DNA from: a virus
Virus record (IMG/VR): IMGVR_UViG_3300045988_132745
Location: 32,001 to 96,000 of that record
DNA length: 64,000 nucleotides
Direction: 5' to 3' (one strand)
The notes under the pieces were generated by a model. It made no database searches. It had not been told where the DNA came from and worked only from the letters and a program-made list of their open reading frames with translations. A program made the position numbers and the translations under genes. Shown here one piece after another: positions 36,261 through 46,200 of this stretch. Position 1 is the stretch's first letter. Every line of letters begins with the position of its first letter.

Positions 36261-37316
36261 ATGATTTTATCAACAACCAAGGAGCTTCGGCTCCACATTC
36301 CCAGCAACGCCATCGACGAGATAAGTTCTCTTCAAGGCATACTCGACAACAGCGAGAAAGATTTTCTGCGCGACAAGTTGGGCGACTCGCTCTACAACCG
36401 ATTGTGCGAGTACTATCAGACCGTTTCGCCCGACGACTTCTATATGGCAGTCTGTAACGGCGAGAACACTCAGCACCCCTGGATGCAACTCCTGCTTATG
36501 GCACAGCGCATGGTGACATACGATGCCATGTCGCGCTTCGTCTATACACAGGCTCTCTCTATCAACGGCACCGGCATCAACGTGGCTTCAAGCGACGATT
36601 ACGGCACGGCATCCAAAGACCTCCTCGATAAGGGAGTGCAAGGCTACAAGCGCGAGGCAATGGTGTCGCTCAACCAAATGCTCGTGATGCTCGAAGGTTG
36701 GGCTAAGAAATGTGTCAAGAAACAGACTTCTGATGTACAGAAAACAGCCGAAAGCATACCGAATACCGACAATAGTGTACCGAATACGGACGAAAGTGTA
36801 CAAACGACCGAGATTAAGGAAATCACGAATCTCTGGAAAGAGAGTCAATACTATTACCTCCACCACGACCTTCTCATTGCCACATGTGCCGACCTTCAGC
36901 ACTACCTCGACATCTACGAGAGCCGTGAGAAGTTCATCCGTCTTCTGCCCGACCTCCACTTCATTCAAGACGAATACATCAGTGAGGCTATTGGCGAGGA
37001 CACGGTGCAGCGTCTGCTCCACACCGACGCCCCTGCCGACAAACCGCTTCTGCGTAAAGTACGCCGCCTGATGGTGGCCCACCTCGAAGAACGCACAACA
37101 ATACTCACTATTGACAAGGCACGCCGAGCCGCTGCCCACAACGAGGCCATCTCCCTACGTTCCTCGGTGCTCCGGCTCATGGAAATGCGCAAGGCAGCGG
37201 CCGCTGCCAACAACACCCCAGACAAGCCCTCAACCAACACCACTGACTCAACAAGCAAAGGCTACGAGAACAACCAGCCAAACAGCAAGATATTCGTGTC
37301 GCCATTGCTGTACTAA
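36261..37316 (+). CDS. Hypothetical virion-module protein
   Basis: 351-aa ORF. Confidence 0.55.
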   Translation: MILSTTKELRLHIPSNAIDEISSLQGILDNSEKDFLRDKLGDSLYNRLCEYYQTVSPDDFYMAVCNGENTQHPWMQLLLMAQRMVTYDAMSRFVYTQALSINGTGINVASSDDYGTASKDLLDKGVQGYKREAMVSLNQMLVMLEGWAKKCVKKQTSDVQKTAESIPNTDNSVPNTDESVQTTEIKEITNLWKESQYYYLHHDLLIATCADLQHYLDIYESREKFIRLLPDLHFIQDEYISEAIGEDTVQRLLHTDAPADKPLLRKVRRLMVAHLEERTTILTIDKARRAAAHNEAISLRSSVLRLMEMRKAAAAANNTPDKPSTNTTDSTSKGYENNQPNSKIFVSPLLY

Positions 37317-37346
37317 AGTTATTCGTCGGCAAAACAAAAAATAACT

Positions 37347-38408
37347 ATGGAAGAAATAATTCGTATTCTAACCCCTGCCCTCTCCGCTCGTATGCTCACC
37401 TCCGACCAGCGTGAAGCTTTCGAGCGTGGTCTTACTCTTCTCGAGCAGAATCCACGGGCAACGTCGTTCGTAAAGGAGAGCCGACGATTCCGCGACTACC
37501 ATCGTCGTGTGCGTCAGCTCCTCACCTATCTGCAAACCATGCAGACCTCTCGCACGGAGATAAAGCGTCACGTCGGTCGCCCCACCCGTGAGGAACAGGC
37601 CCTCTATGCCGAGCAGCAGAAGGAGAAAGCTCTTGAGGAAGCGCGTCGCTCGCTCTTCCCTGACCTGCAGCCCGACCTCACCTTGCAGCCTCTCACCTAC
37701 GGCGGCATCGTGGCCAACCCCAACGGCGAGACCATTGCGTCCACCATGCCCAACCTCATGCAGCTCCGACCGTTCCTCTCCGAACGTCTGCAAGAGCAGG
37801 TCAACACAGTGCGCTCCTTGCGCAACGAGATGGCAGCAAAGGCTGAGCAAGCCAAGACCATGGCCGAAGCCAACGAGAAGGCTGGCAGACCTATCTACAC
37901 CGAAGAAGAGATTGCCCTTCTCGCCACCCGTGCCGTAAAGATAGAAAGCGAAATCCTGCCTCGTATCTACATCAACGTTGACCGCGAAATAGGCGAGGCA
38001 TACCTTCGCCTATCACCGCGCACCGGCGACCCCGAATACATCGTCCGAATAGAGAAAGCGTGCAACGTGCCACCACAGAACCTACGCGCTCAGTTCCGTC
38101 CCTTCTACGACAAGGCACTCTCCCGCGACCCTCTCTTCGCACAGTCGGTAGCCGACAAGATAGCCAACGACCGACCCGAGGTGAAAGCCGCCCGCGACGC
38201 AGCAGCCAAGCACAAAGCCGAAGCCGACGCTCTCATCAAATATATCATGCGTAAGGACAAGCCATCGACCAAAGCCCGCGTAAAAGGCCTTACCGACCGC
38301 ATCGCCCAACTCCGCAAAGACTACGCCGACATAGTGACCGAAGACGAACTGAAGGGCTTCGAGGCAATATTGGAGAAAACCAAAAGTGAAGTTTCACCAA
38401 AGGCTTAG
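37347..38408 (+). CDS. Hypothetical virion-module protein
   Basis: 353-aa ORF, helical and charged. Confidence 0.55.
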   Translation: MEEIIRILTPALSARMLTSDQREAFERGLTLLEQNPRATSFVKESRRFRDYHRRVRQLLTYLQTMQTSRTEIKRHVGRPTREEQALYAEQQKEKALEEARRSLFPDLQPDLTLQPLTYGGIVANPNGETIASTMPNLMQLRPFLSERLQEQVNTVRSLRNEMAAKAEQAKTMAEANEKAGRPIYTEEEIALLATRAVKIESEILPRIYINVDREIGEAYLRLSPRTGDPEYIVRIEKACNVPPQNLRAQFRPFYDKALSRDPLFAQSVADKIANDRPEVKAARDAAAKHKAEADALIKYIMRKDKPSTKARVKGLTDRIAQLRKDYADIVTEDELKGFEAILEKTKSEVSPKA

Positions 38409-38450
38409 AAAGACCTAAAAAAGGCTTAGTAAGGCCCAGTAAAGCTTATC
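38400..38450. repeat. Tandem 10-nt repeats AAGGC(T/C)(T/C)AG (family 3)
   Basis: AGGCTTAGAA AGACCTAAAA AAGGCTTAGT AAGGCCCAGT AAAGCTTATC. Confidence 0.7.
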
Positions 38451-38470
38451 ATCATCAAAAAGAAAATCCT

Positions 38471-39112
38471 ATGACTCCCTTCAATATTCTAAAATCCGCT
38501 TGCACCTCCGCTTGTCGTCTGACACCTGCTTGCGCGCCAAGCTACCGAGCCATGCTCAAGACAGAGAATATCAGTCAGATGATGGCTGTGTGGCGCGAGT
38601 ATTGGGAAGACATCGCCGACGGCAAGTATGCCGACATCATCAACGACCGTCTGCCTGCCCTTTACCCCACCCTGCGCAAAGAAATGAATGCCGCCGGCAT
38701 CTACGTCAACGAATGTCCGAAAACTGCCCCCGAATTTGTCTTTGTGCTCGTTACCGACTACGACTATATCGTTGACATCCACGACTACGCCCGATGTTAC
38801 GTCTTAGGCAATGCCGTTGTTCGTGCTTGGGATCATAGTCAGGTATATAGTAGCCGTTGCGACGCAGCTTGCATCTCGCTCCACGACCATGCCTACGGCC
38901 ATATTAGCAAAGGCTGGACGCAAGCCTTTACCGCCGCCCGACTATGGACCGCCACCGATGCCGTATTGAACGGCAGCGTAACGTGCGAGGCTCACGGAGG
39001 TACCATCAAGGCCATCTCCTACCGCAAGCTCGAAGCCTACGGCGACACCAAGGTACATGCCGCATCAGAGCGTAACATCACGCTCTACGGCAACGCCCAC
39101 ATCATAGTTTAA
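38471..39112 (+). CDS. Hypothetical protein flanked on both sides by family-3 repeats
   Basis: 213-aa ORF. Confidence 0.5.
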   Translation: MTPFNILKSACTSACRLTPACAPSYRAMLKTENISQMMAVWREYWEDIADGKYADIINDRLPALYPTLRKEMNAAGIYVNECPKTAPEFVFVLVTDYDYIVDIHDYARCYVLGNAVVRAWDHSQVYSSRCDAACISLHDHAYGHISKGWTQAFTAARLWTATDAVLNGSVTCEAHGGTIKAISYRKLEAYGDTKVHAASERNITLYGNAHIIV

Positions 39113-39119
39113 TTTTTCC

Positions 39120-39158
39120 CAGGCTTAGAAAGGCCCAGTAAGGCCCAGCAAGGCTTAT
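39120..39158. repeat. Tandem 10-nt repeats (family 3)
   Basis: AGGCTTAGAA AGGCCCAGTA AGGCCCAGCA AGGCTTATT, with exact 10-nt phasing. Confidence 0.7.
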
Positions 39159-39175
39159 TACAAATAACAACCAAC

Positions 39176-42013
39176 ATGAACAGCAAACTCACAATTCTTG
39201 CCGACGGCAAGCCGCTCGCCCTAAAGGAAGACGCATCCATCAGCATAGAGTTGAGCAACCCATTGTTCAACGACACCGAGATGTTCTCCTATCCCGTGAA
39301 GCTGCCCATCGAAGGCAACCGACATTTCCTAAAGAACGTGGATGATGTCAGCAGCGACATCCGCCCCATGAGCTACGAGCACACTCCGATGCAAATCATT
39401 GCCGACGGTGTGCCCCTCGCATCGGGCCCATCCATCATACAGGAAGACGAGCGACTGGAGGACTCCCTCTCACTTAACGTCGATGCAAGCGCACAATCAT
39501 TCTCCGACCTTATTAGCGATCTAAAGTGCAACGAAGTGCCTATACCGTCCAAATATAAGGACCAGCTCTTGATAGGCGAGAAGATAGATAAGGTGGATGT
39601 GAGCGTGACCTACAACACGAGCGTTGTCATAAAATACGAAGGCAAGAAAGGCAATAAGAAGTATGGTTCGGTGGGTGAAGACAAAACCGAAGCATCTTTT
39701 TCTCCGCAAGCTCTCGGCTTCTCTTACCCGGCACAATGTGTGGAGGAAGGCAACAATCACGAAGCCAAGCTGAAGAAGACTTACACCTATCCGCGCGGCA
39801 ACGAAGTTAAGGTGCCCGAAGTGCTGAAATCATATATCAACGTAAGCGACCCTTATCCTCTGAAGCCATACTGCAATGCCCGTGTCTGCTATAAGCATTA
39901 CGATATTGACGAAAAAGGAGAAACATCATCCGATGTAGTAAATTCTATCACCGGTCGTGATGGAGAGAACAACCTAAGCACACTGGAGCAGGAAATGTAC
40001 GAAGACCGTGGTCCTGTATGGGTATTGGATGCCGACCGCCCGCAGTCGGGCATCTGCTTCTATGTGCTGTTCTTCCTCGACTGTCTCTTTGAACATCTTG
40101 GCGTACAGTTCGACAATTCGGCTCTTACAGCCATCGGCGACTTGAACCGCTTATGCTTCTTCACCACAAAATGCGCCTACAACATCGAACCGCTTTATGC
40201 CAAGGAAACCTACAAGGAGAACGATAAAGAGGTTATTGCCGGACTGAAAAAAAAGGGCGACGTGAAGGTTGGCTTTTTCCAGAAACAAGCCAACAGCGAA
40301 AAGGACGTTGCTAATCTGTTCGATGATGTAAACGCATGGCTCAGTTCGCGCGGTTGTGGCGGCAAACTGAAACTTGAAAATCCGAAAGACAAGAGCGTTC
40401 AGGAGGTGAAGTATCGCAAGGTGACGTATAAGGTAGTAGAGAAGCCGTATGATGGTAGCTTCTACAACCAAGGCGTGTTTAAGGACACCGAGGTTGTGAC
40501 GGTGGAAGATGATAGTTGGACCACCGTCACTGTAGGCACCGATAAAGTGGCAAGCATCACTTGTAAGAGCACCATCAAGTCGGCACAGATGAGTGCAAGT
40601 ATCTTCCGTATGTATGCCAATGAGCAGAACTTCCCTGCTGAGTCGGTATCAGATGTTATCGACTCGCTTGAGCAGCAGTTCGGCATAAAGTTCCATTACG
40701 ACTACGAGCAGAAGAAGGTAACTGCCTATCTTATCCGTGACGTGTTCCGCAAGCAGAATCCCGACCCTCGCACCTTCCATGCCGAAGTGCTGTCTATGGT
40801 GCCCATGACGGAGAAGATAACCGGTGTACGTGCCGGATATGCAGCCGAGAGTGAGGCGAAAGAGCAGAAAGACAACGTAAAGAATGCCGTTAAGGATTTC
40901 AATACCGATTACGACTATATCGAATACCCTAAAGACCACACCGTGACGAGTCTTACATATAAAGACATCATTCATCGTGTCAAGAATACTGAAATGAGCG
41001 TGTTCGTAGACCTTCAGACGGGCAACAAATATCGTGTAAAGATAGACAAGAATTTTACTGATGCAAGCAATATGGAACCTCGCTTGTTTGAGGTGGCAGC
41101 CATGAAGGGAGTGGAAGTAGGTGATTGTTCGACAATAAACGAAGACTTTATTCAGGAATTTAAGTCATCGTTCGTTCCCGTTGGTATGGTGGATGCCAAC
41201 TATCGCAAAGCCCTATCGTCAAGCACGGGCAGCAAATGCGCCACTGACAACACAAAGCAACCTGCCGAGGTGGGCAAGCAATACAGCGGATATGAGTTTG
41301 GCGAGATAAACGGATCTTACGCCAAGACTCAGATGGCAGCTCTCATTGACGAGGATATGGAGCATGAGTTTGTGAAGCAGTACATCAAGAACACTATGTC
41401 GTCGATGGTGGCTGACTTTTACGTTACCGAAGAACTCTCGTTGCGTGAGAGCTACGATCCTTCTTCCACCGACGATGGCAACTCGCCCCTTCAGTCATAC
41501 GACTGGGGCTTGTCGGTGGCTATCATGCGAGGTGGCGGCGTGGACTCAACACACGAAGCCTATGACTACAACTACGACGGGTTCGGCAACTCGAAGTGGC
41601 GCACAAAGGCTGGCGACTATGCTCTGACTACAGACTCCATCGACCCCTACGGCGTAGAGTACGACTACAATGGCATTGAGCCGGGCAACGGTAACGAGGA
41701 GCGTTTCTCCCTGAAGCCTCGTGCTTGGGTGCAGCCCGAATGGGCAGATGCTCCGCTTGTGGTGAACACCCCGTCGGTCAAGAACCGTGGCTACGTAGAC
41801 GTGTTCCTCGTCGATTACATCTACTTTCTCCTTCACCGCAAGAAGTATTACGTCAAGTGCCTCGCCTCCGTAGCTCAGATAGCCGATATTCAAAATCATT
41901 GGAAAGAGTGGTGGACCATCGACGGCAAGAAATGCCTTATCAACAAGGTAAATGCTGACGTATCGGCAAAGGAAGGAATGGGAGAAGTAGAGCTTGAAAT
42001 TTATAGCATTTAA
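39176..42013 (+). CDS. Large tail/baseplate-region protein
   Basis: 945-aa ORF upstream of the fibre genes. No motif recognised. Confidence 0.55.
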   Translation: MNSKLTILADGKPLALKEDASISIELSNPLFNDTEMFSYPVKLPIEGNRHFLKNVDDVSSDIRPMSYEHTPMQIIADGVPLASGPSIIQEDERLEDSLSLNVDASAQSFSDLISDLKCNEVPIPSKYKDQLLIGEKIDKVDVSVTYNTSVVIKYEGKKGNKKYGSVGEDKTEASFSPQALGFSYPAQCVEEGNNHEAKLKKTYTYPRGNEVKVPEVLKSYINVSDPYPLKPYCNARVCYKHYDIDEKGETSSDVVNSITGRDGENNLSTLEQEMYEDRGPVWVLDADRPQSGICFYVLFFLDCLFEHLGVQFDNSALTAIGDLNRLCFFTTKCAYNIEPLYAKETYKENDKEVIAGLKKKGDVKVGFFQKQANSEKDVANLFDDVNAWLSSRGCGGKLKLENPKDKSVQEVKYRKVTYKVVEKPYDGSFYNQGVFKDTEVVTVEDDSWTTVTVGTDKVASITCKSTIKSAQMSASIFRMYANEQNFPAESVSDVIDSLEQQFGIKFHYDYEQKKVTAYLIRDVFRKQNPDPRTFHAEVLSMVPMTEKITGVRAGYAAESEAKEQKDNVKNAVKDFNTDYDYIEYPKDHTVTSLTYKDIIHRVKNTEMSVFVDLQTGNKYRVKIDKNFTDASNMEPRLFEVAAMKGVEVGDCSTINEDFIQEFKSSFVPVGMVDANYRKALSSSTGSKCATDNTKQPAEVGKQYSGYEFGEINGSYAKTQMAALIDEDMEHEFVKQYIKNTMSSMVADFYVTEELSLRESYDPSSTDDGNSPLQSYDWGLSVAIMRGGGVDSTHEAYDYNYDGFGNSKWRTKAGDYALTTDSIDPYGVEYDYNGIEPGNGNEERFSLKPRAWVQPEWADAPLVVNTPSVKNRGYVDVFLVDYIYFLLHRKKYYVKCLASVAQIADIQNHWKEWWTIDGKKCLINKVNADVSAKEGMGEVELEIYSI

Positions 42014-42042
42014 ATAATAACTACTAAATAACAACTGAAGCA

Positions 42043-43089
42043 ATGGCAAGTTTACTTAGATTACATTCAGGTTCGGTATTTAATGGCAATCCTATTGTCT
42101 TCATCGTCTGGCCTATCGCACTTAAAGAAACTCCTTCGTTTCATCGTATGATATTCGAGGTGAAGTGTGGCATGAGTGGCATGAGTGACGGCAAATACGA
42201 GACAATAAAGATGTCCGAGCCTATAAACAACGAAAAAGGCAATCCAATAACTGTAGATATTTCGTCTGCCCTGCGCTCCTTCCGCGACTCCTATGAGTAT
42301 TCGCCTGAGCCAGGTGTTATGCCAGTAGTGAAATTCAACGTTTCGGCATACGACGAGTATATGACTAATGGCGAACTGCATAAGTCGGAACCCGTGTCTT
42401 ATCTCCCTGGCGAGGACGTGAAGCAAACCTTGTTCGGAGGATTCTCTGACTACGACCGACTTATGGCTACAAACGACACTATGCCCGTTAGCCGAATGAC
42501 TCGCAAGCCTACCACCATACCACAGTTGGCGTGTGTAGGCGAAACCATCATCTACGTAGAGCCATACTCTCCTGCCGTTGACTTCACAACCGCCACATGG
42601 GAAGCTCCCGAAGCCAAAGCCTACAACATAACGGCAGAAGGCGCACAGACCGTAGGCGGACAGCAGCTCTTTGCCCTGCCTGCTTCCGAGGCAGCACGTC
42701 GCACGGAGTTTCGCTTCATCAACTCGTTCGGTGTGCTTGAGAGCATCAGTATACCCAAGAGTTATGCACAGGAAGTAGACATCAAAGCCACCAACTACAT
42801 CGTGACACGCAAGGAAACCTTGCACTCCTTCTCTCGGTCGGCAGTACGCAAGCAGGGCAACATGGAAGGTTGGAACTATATGACCGACCCGTTGGATGAA
42901 AAATGGCTCGCTTGGTATCTTCACGAATTGCTCATGTCCGAACACGTATGGCTGAAGATTAACGGCAAGTTCCTGCCATGTACCATCGAGTCGGAAGAGA
43001 CCATAAAGTATGCCGACGACACCAAGGATGATATATACAGCGTATCATTCACAGCACGACTCTGTTTCTGCGGCAGCACAAAGATATAA
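42043..43089 (+). CDS. Hypothetical tail-region protein
   Basis: 348-aa ORF. Confidence 0.55.
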   Translation: MASLLRLHSGSVFNGNPIVFIVWPIALKETPSFHRMIFEVKCGMSGMSDGKYETIKMSEPINNEKGNPITVDISSALRSFRDSYEYSPEPGVMPVVKFNVSAYDEYMTNGELHKSEPVSYLPGEDVKQTLFGGFSDYDRLMATNDTMPVSRMTRKPTTIPQLACVGETIIYVEPYSPAVDFTTATWEAPEAKAYNITAEGAQTVGGQQLFALPASEAARRTEFRFINSFGVLESISIPKSYAQEVDIKATNYIVTRKETLHSFSRSAVRKQGNMEGWNYMTDPLDEKWLAWYLHELLMSEHVWLKINGKFLPCTIESEETIKYADDTKDDIYSVSFTARLCFCGSTKI

Positions 43090-43118
43090 GTCTTTTAGTT
43101 TTCATCTCTATATTTCTT

Positions 43119-43189
43119 ACGACCTCAAGAGACACCATGCTCTTGGGGTCGTTTGCGTTAGGGTATGTCCGCATCATGCTAACGTTTTT
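43119..43189 (+). terminator. Tandem hairpins, the second with a T tract
   Basis: ACGACCTCAAGAG / CTCTTGGGGTCGT (13 bp), then CGTTAG..CTAACG followed by TTTTT. Confidence 0.6.
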
Positions 43190-43222
43190 CCCTAAATTCG
43201 CAATAGAAAATCAACATAATAT

Positions 43223-46200
43223 ATGACACAAGCGACAACCAAAGACTATTGGATTTCGCCTTCGGCATTGCATATTGAACTAAATGCCCTTGGCTATCCC
43301 GACTATATCCAGGCATCGTGCGTAAGCGGTGCCCAGATACTTGTGTACGTCAAGGACATTATCGGCTTCGATGCCGGACACAACTACCGACGCTGGCCTT
43401 TGCAGGCTGCTGCAACGGTATTCAATACCCACACCGAGAAATATGTTTATGTCGCCATTCCTCGCGATATGACGCTCACGGCTTCGGCATGGATAGTATT
43501 CCCGTCCGAACAGATAGACATCTACGGCAAGAATGAAAAAGAAGAGCAGATAGGCGACGAGAAGTTCTATTACATCTTTCTGCAAGGCATCATAACCTCT
43601 TCGGGCGATAACGGCACGGTGCAGCGCGATTGGAAGAAAGGCGGCAGAATTGTATATGGCTACTTGTCCTCAGACGAAGCTATCAGCGCCATCCCCAATG
43701 AAAGCGAGTGGTATAACTATTCTTCGGTAGATGGTATCGTGACCTTCCTCAAAGACATCACGATGAAGGCAGGCACCAAATTCCGCCAACTCTTCGCCAA
43801 TGTGCTAACCATCGTGTCCGGAGGTAAAATAGCCTTTGAGGGCCAAGGCGAGGTGAATGGAGTGGCCATTGATTCAACTTCACTTGACTCTGTAGATAAA
43901 ATTGTTACTCCCAACTATCTTGACAATAAGGCTCTGTCTAAAGTACATGAAGATGTAGCAAAAAAGGTAATAACCTTCATGGAAGGACTGACGGTTGGAA
44001 TGGACAAGAAAAAAGGTATTGATGCAAAAGGCAACGCTGTGTTGGGCGATGTGGTACTCGACCGTGTGCGCGACCCCCACTCTACCGAGGCGGACCGAAC
44101 CATTATCGGTGCGCAGGGATTTGACCTGTACATGGGTGAGGACGGCAAGAGCCACATGTACATTGACTACCTGACGACTCGTGTAAAGATGTTTGCGGCA
44201 AGTGCCGAGGTTAGGAAGGTGAGCTATTCGGGCGGTACAACTATCTTCTCGAACGCTGGTTCTACTATTATTAAGGTGGCTTACATATTCGACGCATCGG
44301 GCTCAAAGGTGATAGCGTACAAGTGCTATGCTGCTGCTGACGATGGTACAACAAGAACCATGAACTGGTGGCATGTGGGCATGATGGCTCTATGCCAGAC
44401 GTTTAACGTGAAGGCAGGTGAGACAGAGAATCTTGCCAATAGATATTATTGGCGCATGGTGGTTGGTGTTGGACAGGAGACATTGGAAGATGGAAAGCTG
44501 TACGACTATGTTATGTTGTCGAACATGGCTACATTTGTTGGTGGCGACAATGTTATACCGTCGTATTGCTCGAAGCTGATAGCCAAGAAGAAGGTAGCCC
44601 TTAAATGGGGTAATATAGCCGTGATGGTGGCACAGCAAGACGGTATGATGAGTATAGCTCAGCTCTTTGCCGAGCAGGAAGGCGGACGTACACAAGACGA
44701 TGACAAGAACGAGATTGCGAGTCGTGTATTCTACGGATATGACGAAGGAAGTGTGGCACCATTGGCGGGTGACGTGATTGTTAATGTGGGAGACCAAATA
44801 CGTTGGAACTCACGCGGCAATGTTATCAAGCTGACAACATCGACTGAGGACAACAGTGCGGACACAGCGCCTTCTATCACTATGTACCACGGTATTGGCG
44901 CATTGTGGGAGACGGGCAAAGTGGATGCGGGCAAGCAGCCTGTGCGTAATCCGTACCAGTGGAAAACCGTGACATGTGTAATCTCGCCTGAGCTTACAAT
45001 GTTCAATACGGAGAGATTCAAATGGTTCTCGGGTACACCCGATAATCTGATAGACCCTATCACAGTGATGTGGGAGATTGTGCCTACATCAAGCAGCATT
45101 GTGCGCCACGTGAGCAACCGCACAACTACGCCTACAGACATTACCTTTACATTGGTAAAGCATACGGGTAGTAAGGCGGAGACAATAGCTGCCGAGAATG
45201 TTGTGTTCAAGGCTACGATAGAGTATCAAAATGGCAATAAGCTGAATAATGCTCCTTTCAAGAATTTGTCATCCCTTGCCAGTTTGTACGACATGAAGAG
45301 TGTGAAGGTTGACGCTTATCTGAAGGAGGAAATTAAGGGCACGGATGGACAGACGGAGATGAAGCAGACGCTTGTTAAGAGCACTAATGTGATTGTTACA
45401 AGCGACGGTAAGGAAGGTAGCAGCGGACGTGGCATAGTAAGCGTAAACACCTTCTATGCCTTGGGCGACAATATTACTACCTCGCCTGTAGATGCGGAAT
45501 ACAAATACGATACATTGTCGGCTGTTGTTATAAAGAATAATGCCGACAAATACGTATGGAGTGCTGATAAGGTGACATACAGCAACAATACTACGGAGCT
45601 TACTGGCAAGTACTGTGTTGGCAAATGTGCTGACTTGACCAGCGTAACCGAGATGTGGGGTATATCTAATTCGGCAACTGTAAAGCCTACTGTGTGGTCG
45701 GACATCTATCCTGACGAGACAAAGCTGACACCCGGTACGTACATTTGGAGCCGTGACGAGATAGTTTGGCTGGATGGTACAAAGACGTACAGCGAGGCTC
45801 AACTTGTCGGGTATGTAGGTAAGGATGGAGATAAGGGAGAACCAGGAACCCCTGGCGACCCAGGTAAGCCTGGAGAACCAGGAGCCGATGGACAGGACGC
45901 TATACAAGTAGATTTTTTGCCTACAGCTCTAACGGTAGAAGCTAATAGCGATAGCAGCGGCAATGCCGTTGTAGATTGTTCGAGCGGTAATATCACAGCA
46001 GAGATATTGGTGAGAAGTGGCAGCAAGTCGGTAATGTCGGCATGCGACAAGATAGAGATTGCGAGTGTTGACGGATGTACAGCCGAGGTGGTAAGGACGG
46101 ACGTGAACACAGCCAAGGTACGCATAAACTCTGTAAGCTACACGACCATTGACGGCAAGCGCATATCGTGGACTACGGCAAGCGTTACCGTGAGAGTACA

